NCBI GenBank assembly: GCA_022797145.1
Contig: JAAWKA010000005.1
Coordinates: 15,874-79,873 of the forward strand
Direction: 5' to 3'
From: Clostridia bacterium
GTDB lineage: Bacteria > Bacillota > Clostridia > TANB77 > CAG-508
Length of the DNA stretch: 64,000 nt
In this document: positions 22,697 through 32,956 of the stretch, in pieces
Layout of the letters: each line of letters opens with the position of its first letter
Numbering within the stretch: the first letter of the stretch is position 1
Program-made: the position numbers and the translations under genes
Notes under the pieces: model-generated
Databases searched by the model: none
What the model was told of the DNA's origin: nothing
What the model saw: the letters and a program-made list of their open reading frames with translations, nothing else

Positions 22697-23698
22697 TTAT
22701 TCTTGTATTTCTTCTTTTTCTAATTCTAAATTGTCAAGCCAATCAATTGCTTCTAAATTATTATTTATCAGTAAACCATCAGGTCCACTTGCTATAATTC
22801 CATCTTCTCTAATGCAATATTTGGGAATATCAATATTGTGTTTTTGACAGAAATCTTCTAGTTCTTCTTTAGAGTTTATTATTTGTACTAACTTAGGATT
22901 AATAACTCTATATGCACAATTAAAATCAAATCCTCCTGTCAAGTCTATTTCAAAATTAGTTTCCAAATCGTTTGGATCTTTTACTAATAAAAATTGATGT
23001 TCATATAATTTAGAACTTGCTTCCAAAGTACATTCAAAAATATAAGAATATTTTTCTGTTTCTTTGTTTGAATAGTAACTAAATTCTTCTATTCCATTTT
23101 GTTGATTAACAATATTTCCAGAAAAATAGTTATTGAAATTAATAGTTTTCTTTAGTTCGTTTTTTGCCTCTTCAAAATCCGAATACACATTTAATTGAAA
23201 AGGTTCACCTTTGTTGTAATCTTCTTCTGTTTCATATATACGAATCTCATATTTGCATTCTTCATCTCTTAATTTATCAATTTCTTCTCCTTGTAAATAT
23301 CTTATTGCATATTCCTTTTCTTTAAATTCTTCTGTCCACATATTTCCATTTCTATTATCTATAGCAATAAAACTATCATCTTTTTTATCAACCATTAAAA
23401 AAGATTGCTTTTCTTCATCTGTAAATTCTTCCTGATTATTTAACTTTTCAATTAATATATTAAATTCTTTTTCAGTAATTGTTTTTATGTCTTTATCTTG
23501 TATTACTTCATTTTCAAACTCTTTTAATTTCTGTTCTTCTATAATTTCTTGATAATCATTTTCAAAAAATTCATATATTGATACTGGTCGCATTCCTTCT
23601 TCGTGTGTGTCAAAAAATTCTACAACATAATTGTTGTAATATCCTAATAAACTCAACAAATCCTCTTTATCCATATTTTCTATTTGTTCTGTGGTCAT
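22697..23698 (-). CDS. Multidomain hypothetical, acidic tail
   Basis: FIAIDNRNGNMWTEEF module; ends EKEEIQE. Confidence 0.75.
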   Translation of the reverse strand: MTTEQIENMDKEDLLSLLGYYNNYVVEFFDTHEEGMRPVSIYEFFENDYQEIIEEQKLKEFENEVIQDKDIKTITEKEFNILIEKLNNQEEFTDEEKQSFLMVDKKDDSFIAIDNRNGNMWTEEFKEKEYAIRYLQGEEIDKLRDEECKYEIRIYETEEDYNKGEPFQLNVYSDFEEAKNELKKTINFNNYFSGNIVNQQNGIEEFSYYSNKETEKYSYIFECTLEASSKLYEHQFLLVKDPNDLETNFEIDLTGGFDFNCAYRVINPKLVQIINSKEELEDFCQKHNIDIPKYCIREDGIIASGPDGLLINNNLEAIDWLDNLELEKEEIQE

Positions 23699-24153
23699 TA
23701 TATTTCCTCCTCTTCTTCTCTATCATTTGAAGTTTGGTGGTATTTTTGTAGTGCTAATTCTAATCCTCTTTGTATATTTGTATTTGAATTAATATCCTTA
23801 ATTGTTAATCCACAAGCCATTAAAGTATCTCGCAACTCTCCAGTATAACCATATTCGTGATTTCCAAGTTCTTCTTCAAACATTCCCTGAATAAATTTTT
23901 CCCCTGTTATATCATTTTTTATTGCTTCTTTTAATTCTTTATAGTGATTATTGTTCATATCATTATATGCTTGCTTGTCCTCTATTTTTACGAAACCACC
24001 AAAACCTATTGATACTATTTTATCTTTATCATTTTCAGCTAATCCCAATTTTTTTAGTCCTTCTTTTATGTCTTCTTCTGTAAATGCAAAAGCTACTGGA
24101 AAATTATTAAATTCCGCTTGATGCCTATTCTTCATTTCTACATATGTTTCCAT
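23698..24153 (-). CDS. Conserved phage/ICE hypothetical, acidic tail
   Basis: YVEMKNRHQAEFNNFPVAFAF...ELGNHEYGYTG; ends REEEEEI. Confidence 0.78.
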   Translation of the reverse strand: METYVEMKNRHQAEFNNFPVAFAFTEEDIKEGLKKLGLAENDKDKIVSIGFGGFVKIEDKQAYNDMNNNHYKELKEAIKNDITGEKFIQGMFEEELGNHEYGYTGELRDTLMACGLTIKDINSNTNIQRGLELALQKYHQTSNDREEEEEI

Positions 24154-24172
24154 TTATATCTACCTCTTTATA

Positions 24173-25126
24173 TTATTGTTCTTCTTCGTTTTCTTCGCTT
24201 TCTTCTGGTTCTTCTTTATATAATTCTTCATTGATAAATTTTACAAAATCTACTGCTGTTTTTTTATAACCTGCTGCGTGTATTAAATTTTCAATTTTTA
24301 CACTAAAATCCTTATCTATTTCTCCATTGTCATATTGTTCTAATACTTCTATTACTATATAAGGTTTAATATTTTTTATGTTTATTCCATTCAATATCTC
24401 GTCTATTTTCTTAGTCATCCAATTAATATCTTCTTCAAAGAAACACATATCACTACCATAATAAAAATTACCATTTTCTTCTCTAACCGAATCAACATAT
24501 CCTATAGCAATTTCCCTTTTCATTTCTTCTGATAACATATTAACTAAGTCTTCTTTATTTATTTCATCATCCATTAAATAATCAAATAATGTGTCAATAT
24601 TTTCAAATTTTAAAACATTGTGATTTTCTAGTGTTTTTTCACCTAAATCATTAAAAATAATATCGTTTAAATTCTTGTTTATTCCTGTTCTTTCTTCAAA
24701 GACTTTACTCGCTTCAGTTAAACTTGTATAATATGAACCTTGCAACCAGTCAAAATATGTTTTACTTTTATGAACTCCTAGTCCATTAGTTACTACATAT
24801 GGAGATTCTTCAACACCTAATTTCTTTATTAAAGCCCAGTCTTTTTCTTTTTCTAAAATAATTGCTTGTCCAAAGTTAATATCTATAATAGCATCTCTGA
24901 CTAAGTCTTCTTCTCTTACACAATTTCTATATTCTCTTACTTCGTGATCCTTAAAATCTTCGTAATCTAATACAATTTCACCAGCATTATATTTATCTTC
25001 TACTTTTTCTAATGCTTCTTCTAAATTGTTAGCTTCAATATCTTCTACTCTTTGTGATATTTCTTCTATTTCGATTTGGAATTTTTTCATATATGTTCCT
25101 CCTACTTTACTATATTTCTTCTTCAT
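24173..25126 (-). CDS. DpnD/PcfM-domain multidomain protein, acidic tail (likely start MKKFQIEI)
   Basis: KFQIEIEEISQRVEDIEANNLEEALEKVEDKYNAGEIVLDYEDF; ends EENEEEQ. Confidence 0.8.
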   Translation of the reverse strand: MKKKYSKVGGTYMKKFQIEIEEISQRVEDIEANNLEEALEKVEDKYNAGEIVLDYEDFKDHEVREYRNCVREEDLVRDAIIDINFGQAIILEKEKDWALIKKLGVEESPYVVTNGLGVHKSKTYFDWLQGSYYTSLTEASKVFEERTGINKNLNDIIFNDLGEKTLENHNVLKFENIDTLFDYLMDDEINKEDLVNMLSEEMKREIAIGYVDSVREENGNFYYGSDMCFFEEDINWMTKKIDEILNGINIKNIKPYIVIEVLEQYDNGEIDKDFSVKIENLIHAAGYKKTAVDFVKFINEELYKEEPEESEENEEEQ

Positions 25127-25880
25127 TATTTTTCTCTAACATTTCATTCATTTGTGTTTGATAATTTTCTATGTCCTTTAAGTTTATCCATTCTGGTTTT
25201 TCTTCTTCAGAAAAAGAATTATATATTTTTTTCATTTCTGCTATGTGTTTATCTACATCTTTATAATATAAATGACCTACAAAACCATTTCCATTACCTA
25301 AAAAATAATCACAATCAGCTCTTAATCTATCTAACATCATATAATTATGTTGGTTGGCTTTTTCTTTTTCATAATTAGGATCATCTTTTGGATTATTCAC
25401 TAATTCATATTTTTCCAAATCTTCAACCTCTCTCATAGGTTCTTCGTAATCTTTTGAGCAATACATTAAATGTACTTCACCTATATTTTGATTTCCATTT
25501 TCACAATATAAATTCTCATTTTCATCTTCATAATAGTAATTGTTATTTTCTTCATATTTATATATTAATTTGATTTTTTCATTTAAGTATTTTTCTATAT
25601 TGCTATATCTATTTTTTATACTAGCATTTTCATTAAAATCATTAACTATATGTAAAAGAGCTTCTTTAATTCCTATGTATCTTCTACTCCATGTCTCGTT
25701 TGTTCCTATCTTTTTACCATTAATTGAAAATAGAAATGGTGAATACTTTTCTTCTTCTCTTGTTATTGTAATATCCCAAGTATTTTTGTATAAAAATGTT
25801 ATTTGTTCACCGATTTTTAATTCATTTTCTTTATCAATTATTTCTTTTGCTAAATTTCTATTAAATTTTATTTTTTCCAT
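25110..25880 (-). CDS. LPD11 (large polyvalent protein-associated domain) protein, acidic tail
   Basis: YMMLDRLRADCDYFLGNG...HL...HIAEMKKIYNSF...KPEWI; ends NNEEEI. Confidence 0.8.
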   Translation of the reverse strand: MEKIKFNRNLAKEIIDKENELKIGEQITFLYKNTWDITITREEEKYSPFLFSINGKKIGTNETWSRRYIGIKEALLHIVNDFNENASIKNRYSNIEKYLNEKIKLIYKYEENNNYYYEDENENLYCENGNQNIGEVHLMYCSKDYEEPMREVEDLEKYELVNNPKDDPNYEKEKANQHNYMMLDRLRADCDYFLGNGNGFVGHLYYKDVDKHIAEMKKIYNSFSEEEKPEWINLKDIENYQTQMNEMLEKNNEEEI

Positions 25881-25901
25881 AGAGTTATTCCTCCTACAAT
25901 T

Positions 25902-26489
25902 TTAAATAGTTTCCTCATCTTCCTCTTCTTCTATATTGTTAGTTTCTTTATACTGTTCTATTTCATTATGAATTAATGAGTCTACATAGTCATTAAATTC
26001 TTCATCTTCAGCTATTTTATTGCTAATTTCATCTAACATAGATTCAGTAATTTGATTACTTTGTAATAAAGTAGGATGTGCAACTTCTAATATGTTTAAC
26101 AAAGTTAATTTTATACTGTCTTGATAACTACTGTTAATATTTTCTCTATATTCATCAATATTTTCTTCATTTATTATATTTTCTATAATACATTCTCCAT
26201 TTATGTATTCTTTAAAAAAGTATTCTATTGGATATTTATATTTGTAAATATCATTTGGCTTACGAGATAAGTGCCATAACCCTTCATCCGTTATAGAATT
26301 AACATCTAGGTCCAAATCTTGATATGATTGATTACATTCTAATTTAATGTATTTAATAACAAGATTTGTTTCTTTATAAAAAACTTCCATATTACAATTA
26401 TATTTTTCTTTAAATTCTTTAAGTCTAATCCAAACTTTTTCAATTGTATCAATATTCATTTTTAACCAATGTGTATATTTATATTTCAT
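25902..26489 (-). CDS. Hypothetical, acidic tail
   Basis: Ends EEEEDEETI. Confidence 0.75.
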   Translation of the reverse strand: MKYKYTHWLKMNIDTIEKVWIRLKEFKEKYNCNMEVFYKETNLVIKYIKLECNQSYQDLDLDVNSITDEGLWHLSRKPNDIYKYKYPIEYFFKEYINGECIIENIINEENIDEYRENINSSYQDSIKLTLLNILEVAHPTLLQSNQITESMLDEISNKIAEDEEFNDYVDSLIHNEIEQYKETNNIEEEEDEETI

Positions 26490-26505
26490 ATTTAACTCCT
26501 AAAAT

Positions 26506-27318
26506 TTATAATTCTTCAATCTCTTCTTGCTCTAATTCACTATTCAATGTATTCTTAAATTCATTATCTAAACCTCTTTGATATATATATGGATATTTCA
26601 TTATAAATTCAATAAATTTGTTTGAACCATCCACATTTTCAATTCCATGTTTTTCTATGGCATCTATGTATTCTCCTATTTTTATATAGTCTGGAGATTG
26701 TGTTAGATGACCAAGTCTTCTTTCATAAATAATAGTTCCATTATTGCTATTAAAATTCATATATTCATCATATACTTCTCCATGACCTTCATCAATTTTA
26801 TGAATAGGAATGATTTCATATATACCATCTCTTAATTCTTTAGGTTCTTTTTTACTATTTTTAATTATTGAACCTCTTTCTTTTTTTATCATCTTAATAA
26901 CAAATTCATTTCTCTTATCTTCTGCTTTTTGTACTTTAGGTTTAAATTCATTGTATATAGTTGTAGATTCTTCCTTAGTTAAATCTTTATAATTTCCCCA
27001 TCTATTTGCTATATCAATTGCTTTACTTTCTAAGCTGCGATGTTCATTTATAATTTCTATAAATTCATTATCGTTCATAGCTTTATCTATTGCTATTCTA
27101 TATGGCATAATACTTTCATTACTTCCTCTAAAATCACAATTACTAAAATACATGGAAATAACTGCTTTATCTAGCCCATTTATACCACCAGTTATATATG
27201 CTTTAGTTAGATAATCGGACTTAACACTATGGTATGGGCTATCATCGTTGCTACTATGTGTACTTATATATATTCCATCTTTTTTAAATGTAATTCTATT
27301 AATAAGCTCTACTGACAT
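26506..27318 (-). CDS. Hypothetical, acidic tail
   Basis: Ends EQEEIEEL. Confidence 0.75.
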   Translation of the reverse strand: MSVELINRITFKKDGIYISTHSSNDDSPYHSVKSDYLTKAYITGGINGLDKAVISMYFSNCDFRGSNESIMPYRIAIDKAMNDNEFIEIINEHRSLESKAIDIANRWGNYKDLTKEESTTIYNEFKPKVQKAEDKRNEFVIKMIKKERGSIIKNSKKEPKELRDGIYEIIPIHKIDEGHGEVYDEYMNFNSNNGTIIYERRLGHLTQSPDYIKIGEYIDAIEKHGIENVDGSNKFIEFIMKYPYIYQRGLDNEFKNTLNSELEQEEIEEL

Positions 27319-27321
27319 TTT

Positions 27322-28098
27322 TTACAAAACCTCCTCTGTTTCTTCTGTGATAATATCAGGAAAATTATTTCTACCTTGATGCTCTTCTCTATATTTTTCA
27401 CCTTCTATTTGAAACATTAGCATTTCAAATGATCTAACTAGATTTATATCATCTAGTTCTCTAAATTTTTGTTTATCAAGAATTATACCTTTTTTTAATC
27501 TGTCTATGTAAACATCCATTATTTCGTGAATATCTATTATTTCATCAATATCCATTATTTTGTGAACATCCATTATCTCATTTCGTGTACTGTTTTTTTC
27601 ATAGAAGTTCCTTATTTTGTTAATTCCTTCTGCTAATATAAAACAATCTTCACACTCAACATTTGGATCATATTCAAAATTCTCATCATATAAAACTTTA
27701 GTAATATAAAATTCTATTAATGTTATTGGTCTTTCAATAGGATTAAAATCAGCCCATTCATGTTGTATATATTTTTCAGCATATTCTCTTAATTCTTCAT
27801 ATTCATCTTTGTATAATTCTATTTTTTCTAATGTTTTATTTGAATCTGAATGAACTATTCTAATATTAGCTTTTGATTCCAATACATTAATGTCAAAGTA
27901 TATTTCATACTCATCTTTATTTAAATTATTCTTTTGAGCAATATTTTCAATATCTAGTTTTTTAATTAATGGTTGGCTAAACTCTAAATCACACCAAAAA
28001 CTTAAAATTCCACTTTTTTCTTTTAATGGATTAGATTCAGGAGAATAATCAAATTCATAATCGTTTTTTTCTATTTGTTTTCTATCTTTATTCAACAT
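27322..28098 (-). CDS. Hypothetical, acidic tail
   Basis: Short internal repeat EIMDVHKIMDIDEIIDIHEIMDV; ends EETEEVL. Confidence 0.75.
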   Translation of the reverse strand: MLNKDRKQIEKNDYEFDYSPESNPLKEKSGILSFWCDLEFSQPLIKKLDIENIAQKNNLNKDEYEIYFDINVLESKANIRIVHSDSNKTLEKIELYKDEYEELREYAEKYIQHEWADFNPIERPITLIEFYITKVLYDENFEYDPNVECEDCFILAEGINKIRNFYEKNSTRNEIMDVHKIMDIDEIIDIHEIMDVYIDRLKKGIILDKQKFRELDDINLVRSFEMLMFQIEGEKYREEHQGRNNFPDIITEETEEVL

Positions 28099-28490
28099 AT
28101 TTCTTCTTCCTCACTTTCATTATCAAGTGTTGAATTTTCTTCTAAACAAGGTTGTAGCATTTTTTCTAAATATTCTGCCATTTCTTTTTGTGTTTGAAAT
28201 TGCATATACTTATAACTCTCGTGATATGCTGATGAATCTATATCTAAATCAAGTTGAGCAGTTGCTATTTCTAATTTTCCCCAATTATGTGTTATCCACA
28301 TTCTCTTATTTAAAATTTTACTTTCACAAATAATCCAAAGTGGAGTTTTTCTATCTACCAGATATTGATTTGTCATATACCATGTTGAATGGTCTACCAA
28401 TCTATCTAAATCAGCTGTAAAAAGAATTCTATATATTTCTCTGTATTTCTTCTTGTACATTGGATTCTCTAAATCCATTATTCTTCTCAT
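28092..28490 (-). CDS. Hypothetical, acidic tail
   Basis: Ends ESEEEEIC. Confidence 0.75.
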   Translation of the reverse strand: MRRIMDLENPMYKKKYREIYRILFTADLDRLVDHSTWYMTNQYLVDRKTPLWIICESKILNKRMWITHNWGKLEIATAQLDLDIDSSAYHESYKYMQFQTQKEMAEYLEKMLQPCLEENSTLDNESEEEEIC

Positions 28491-28888
28491 ACTATCTCCT
28501 CTTCTAGGCAGTCAATGTCTTCATATTGTTTGTCTTTTTCTATTTCTTCTTTATATGTCATATCCCAATCTTTAATCTTTAAAGTTTCAACTCCCCAACC
28601 TATTTCAAAAGTTATATATAAATCTTTATATGGAATTGCAATATTATGTGTATATATTTTATTTCCCCAAATTGTATCTTTTGTTAATTTATATAGTATT
28701 GAACCTTCTTCAAATTTGTCATCATTTATTTCTTTATATATCTTACCTGCAATATCATAAGCTAGTTCACTAAGACTATAACAGGAATATCCTGTATTTA
28801 TAATCTCATCTATGCAACTATAATAAAAATCGTGTAATGCAAATCCATATTTTTCTGTAAATTCATTTTCACTCAAATTTAAACTCAT
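28487..28888 (-). CDS. Hypothetical, acidic tail
   Basis: Ends LEEEIV; ATGA overlaps at both ends. Confidence 0.72.
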   Translation of the reverse strand: MSLNLSENEFTEKYGFALHDFYYSCIDEIINTGYSCYSLSELAYDIAGKIYKEINDDKFEEGSILYKLTKDTIWGNKIYTHNIAIPYKDLYITFEIGWGVETLKIKDWDMTYKEEIEKDKQYEDIDCLEEEIV

Positions 28889-29739
28889 AATTCTTCTTCC
28901 TCATCAATTTTATTTTCTATATTTTCTTTATAAAACAATGTATCTTCTTCATTTACATCTAAGCAGCTACAATGATTGCAAAATAATTGTATATTCAAAG
29001 ATTTAACAAGTGGTAAATAGTGATTTTTAAAATTATTCCATCTATTTAATTCTTTTCTTATCCATATTTTATCTTCACAATCAGCTTCTTTAAGCATTTC
29101 TTTTCTAAAATTCATTTGAAAGTCACTCTCTGCAACAAGGTCAGCTAATGTCCATTTTTCTGGATATGCTTCTGGCTGTCCTAATTTAGCACCATTGGCT
29201 AAAGCTATTTTTTGATCTAAGACTAAATGTTCTCTTCCTGTACACATACAAATATCATTAAATCTTTTTTTAGCTTTTTCAAATTCTTTATTAAAGTCTT
29301 TATTGTATTTAAAATTATTTATATCCCTTTTAGATTCTTTTAAATTCTCTTGTTTTCTTAATTCAGTAAGACTTATGAAAGGTTTTCCATTAAAAGTTAT
29401 CTCCTGAATTCTTTTAAATTGCTTTAAAACTCCATTTTGCAATTTATCAAATTCCTCATACAATTCCATTGTAAAATACTGTAGCATTTCTTTTTGAGAT
29501 AATACCCAACCAGAACTATATAAAAAACTAAATATTTTATCATTATTACTTATAAAACATAGTGAATTATCTTCATTGTCATAATATGCTTCTTTTCCTG
29601 GTGTAAAATGATAGTTTTCACTCTTTCCAAGATATACTCTATCTTCTGTATCAACTAAAGCTGTCATTCCTTCATAGTTACTTATACAAGCTGAAATTAT
29701 TTTTACTTTTTTAGTATTCATAAATGATTTTCCTTTCAT
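28885..29739 (-). CDS. Hypothetical, acidic tail
   Basis: Ends IDEEEEL. Confidence 0.75.
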   Translation of the reverse strand: MKGKSFMNTKKVKIISACISNYEGMTALVDTEDRVYLGKSENYHFTPGKEAYYDNEDNSLCFISNNDKIFSFLYSSGWVLSQKEMLQYFTMELYEEFDKLQNGVLKQFKRIQEITFNGKPFISLTELRKQENLKESKRDINNFKYNKDFNKEFEKAKKRFNDICMCTGREHLVLDQKIALANGAKLGQPEAYPEKWTLADLVAESDFQMNFRKEMLKEADCEDKIWIRKELNRWNNFKNHYLPLVKSLNIQLFCNHCSCLDVNEEDTLFYKENIENKIDEEEEL

Positions 29740-29761
29740 TATATTTTTTACCTTATTACTT

Positions 29762-30890
29762 TTATAGAGTTGTTTCTTCTTCAGTTACATTTATTTGTTG
29801 TTCCAATCCTTCTACAATCAATCTGTAGCAATTATTTTTTACTTCTTCTAAACTTTTCATATTATCTAAATTAAAATTATCTGATAAAATCCTTTTAGAT
29901 ATTAATTCACATTTATCAATATTGTTATCACTTGTATAAATTGAGGCTATCATTTTCCCTTTTTCTTTTGTTATCTCTAAAATATTTCCATTTTCTCTGA
30001 TTGCAATAAGTGGGCTTCTGTAATTTTCATAAAAATAATTGTCTTTGGCTTTCCATTGTAAATCTGCTAAATCTTCTGCATCTACCATGAAAGCTGCAAT
30101 ATCTTTTTCAAATTCTTTTCCCATTTCATACATATATTGTTTTATTCGGTTTTCTTCTCCTGGATTTGTTAAATATCCAATCATCATTGAAGTATCAGTA
30201 TATTTTAATTGATACTGATTATTTTTAACAACAATATCGTAAGATAAATAAGCATTTTCATTGCTAGTATCTTTTAATGTTGGATAGAAGTAAACTTTTA
30301 ATTCTTCATTATCTTTATCTATTAATTCAAATATTGGTCTACCTTTCATATCAAAACTTTTAAGTACATTATCTAACATTTCTATCTTGTCTTGCTTTGT
30401 TAAATCGCATCTTTTCTCAAATACCATTTCCATTCTATTAAATAAAGAACATACTTCGTTTAAATTGTTATTCAATTTGTTTGGTATAATATTTAAAATA
30501 AATCTTTCTTCGTAAACTGATGGAATTATATGTAGTTCTCTATGTCCAGTTCCATTTTTTATTATTTCATTTATCTTATTTTCATATTTTTTGTATGTAC
30601 CTAAATCCCCTAAGACAGCAATATCATTATAATAATTTTTAATTTCTCTCAAATCATATGGGCTACTAAAAGAAATTTTATAAAGTTCATTGCTTCTATC
30701 TGAAAACTGAAGCATTCCGAGAAATAATACTTCTTATTAATGAAGCATATTTTTCTTCAAATGTTTCTTTCCATTTATACATTTCACATTTTCGATATGA
30801 AAGAGGAGTCATATTTCCATCAGCAATATATCCTGTTATCTTATTGTTTTCTTTATCTATCTCTAATTTTTTTATATAATCACAGGCCAT
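29762..30890 (-). CDS. Hypothetical, acidic tail; 375 aa after one +1 shift at C-GGA (30719)
   Basis: ATT TCT C GGA ATG CTT joins ORFs 30696..30890 and 29762..30715; ends EEETTL. Confidence 0.75.
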
Positions 30891-30892
30891 CT

Positions 30893-32116
30893 TTATAACT
30901 CCTCACTTTCTTCATCTTCTTCTCCACCAAACATATAATAAATTTTTTTAAGTTCTTCATCTTCAGTTTTTATAGCTTCATCCTTTATATCTTCTAAATT
31001 ATCAATATTTTCTAGTGTTTTAATTCTTTCATAATCTTGCCATAAATTTGTAAATTCTTTAGAATACCAACCTGGATATTTTTCTTTTTCTTGTTCTTGC
31101 TCAATTTTAAAATTATTTTTTTCCAAAGTTGTTATTCTTTCAATACATTCTTTTATAGTATCTGGCATATAATATTCAGTTTCATTTCTATACTTATCAA
31201 ATTTATCTTTTAATTCTTCTTTCAGTTGATCCACTTTATGTAATATAATATCTTCTGTTGTTCTTATTATTTGTTTTTCTATATCACTAAAATCTTCTGA
31301 ATTTATTGTAACCTCCGATTTATTAAAAGTTACTGCATTTAAATTTTCAAGTTCATTACTTGAATGCAAACTAATTTTTTTACCATATATATTAAATATT
31401 TCATCTAGTTCTGCTTCTGTTTTTATCTTGTTTCCATCATTAAATATTAAATTAACATTTTTCTTTTCTTTAAGAAAAGTATTTATCTCTGCCAATTTCA
31501 AAATAAATTTTGGAGCTTTCTTATGCTGTATTTCTTTTAAAATCAATCCTGCTTTAATTTCATTATCAAATAATCCCTTTTTATAGAGTTCTTCTAAATT
31601 ATGTATTTCTTCAGTATATGGATCAAAAATTATTGAATCACCATTATCTAGTGCATAAACAAGTTTGCTTGTATTGAAATTTATTTTTGTATTATAAGAA
31701 AGGCTACATTTTATATCAGTATCTAAACTTTGTAATTTTCTTATAGATATGTCTTTATATAACTCGTAGCTTGAATAATTATTATTCTTAAATATTTCAA
31801 ATGTCTTATCACTTATAAATTTTTGTATTCTATTATGAATCAAAGAACTGTACTCTAATATGTAATATCTCTTTAATAATTCTTGTTCAAATTTATAATA
31901 TTCTTTATTTTCTTTATCAAAATCACTTCTACTATGCACATATAAAGTATCTTCTTTACCATCCATATAAAAATAACTAAACATTGAATAACTATTATCT
32001 TGAAACAGCCTAAATTCTTCTTTATTCTCACTCACAAAATTAAATTTTCCTATTTTAATTATCATAAAATTACTCCTCCAAGTCTTGCGTGTCTTCCTTT
32101 TCTGGATAATACTCAT
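30893..32116 (-). CDS. Hypothetical, acidic tail (likely start MIIKIG)
   Basis: Ends EEDEESEEL. Confidence 0.75.
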   Translation of the reverse strand: MSIIQKRKTRKTWRSNFMIIKIGKFNFVSENKEEFRLFQDNSYSMFSYFYMDGKEDTLYVHSRSDFDKENKEYYKFEQELLKRYYILEYSSLIHNRIQKFISDKTFEIFKNNNYSSYELYKDISIRKLQSLDTDIKCSLSYNTKINFNTSKLVYALDNGDSIIFDPYTEEIHNLEELYKKGLFDNEIKAGLILKEIQHKKAPKFILKLAEINTFLKEKKNVNLIFNDGNKIKTEAELDEIFNIYGKKISLHSSNELENLNAVTFNKSEVTINSEDFSDIEKQIIRTTEDIILHKVDQLKEELKDKFDKYRNETEYYMPDTIKECIERITTLEKNNFKIEQEQEKEKYPGWYSKEFTNLWQDYERIKTLENIDNLEDIKDEAIKTEDEELKKIYYMFGGEEDEESEEL

Positions 32117-32609
32117 TTAAATAATTATCTATAATTCCATTCATAGTTTCATTAAAGAAGATATGATCTGTAATCTTGTCTGCTATATCAACTATGTTAT
32201 CTAATTCTAATGGAATATTCCTTCCATCTTCATTCATATCTTCTATTCTTGTAACAACTTCACTAGCAATACCTTTTAATAGAAATGTTTCATTAAGCTC
32301 TTTTATTTGTTTAAAAATTTCTTTTGAATTTTCTATTTCTACAGTCATTTGCTTTATAAAGTTATTACTATTTTTAATAAAACTTTCAAAATTTTCTTTT
32401 TCTTCTTGATTTGTATAAAATATCGTTTGAAAATATAATCCATTTTTATTATTTTCAGTTTCATAGAATAATGCTTTTTCTCCTAAATTTTCAAATGAAA
32501 TAAGATTTATATTGTGATTTTTTAAATAATCTTTTATTCTTTTAATTTCTTCGCTTATTTCTGTTTCTTTCATATTAGCTTTTAATATTAATATGTTCTC
32601 ATATTTCAT
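32070..32609 (-). CDS. Ribosomal protein bS6-like N-terminal domain fused to an acidic helical domain
   Basis: MKYENILILK...ENLGEKALFYE...GLYF...F...IKQMTV follows the S6 pattern YE..I.......WG.R.LAYEI....GYY....F......R. Confidence 0.65.
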   Translation of the reverse strand: MKYENILILKANMKETEISEEIKRIKDYLKNHNINLISFENLGEKALFYETENNKNGLYFQTIFYTNQEEKENFESFIKNSNNFIKQMTVEIENSKEIFKQIKELNETFLLKGIASEVVTRIEDMNEDGRNIPLELDNIVDIADKITDHIFFNETMNGIIDNYLNEYYPEKEDTQDLEE

Positions 32610-32956
32610 AATTCTTCTTCCTCTTCTTTTATATCTAATTCATACCTGTCAAATTCATCTATTAAACCTTTATCAACTAAAAACCTTTCAAATATGTCAA
32701 TTCTTCTTTGCAATGAAAATATTTTGTCTTTTTTTTCTTTTTCCACTAATTCTTTCAATTTAAGTTTTGATTTTAGATTATCAAGTTCTAAGGATATTTT
32801 ATATTTTTTGTTTGCTATTCTTCCTGCTTCTCTGTTCATATCAGCTTCTTTATATTCTATATATTCTCTGTCTAATTCTTCATACTGATTAGATAAAATA
32901 TCTATTTGCTTTTTAATTCCTTCTATACTAGTTAAATCTATCTTTTCTTTATTCAT
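32606..32956 (-). CDS. Coiled-coil hypothetical, acidic tail
   Basis: Ends KEEEEEL. Confidence 0.72.
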   Translation of the reverse strand: MNKEKIDLTSIEGIKKQIDILSNQYEELDREYIEYKEADMNREAGRIANKKYKISLELDNLKSKLKLKELVEKEKKDKIFSLQRRIDIFERFLVDKGLIDEFDRYELDIKEEEEEL

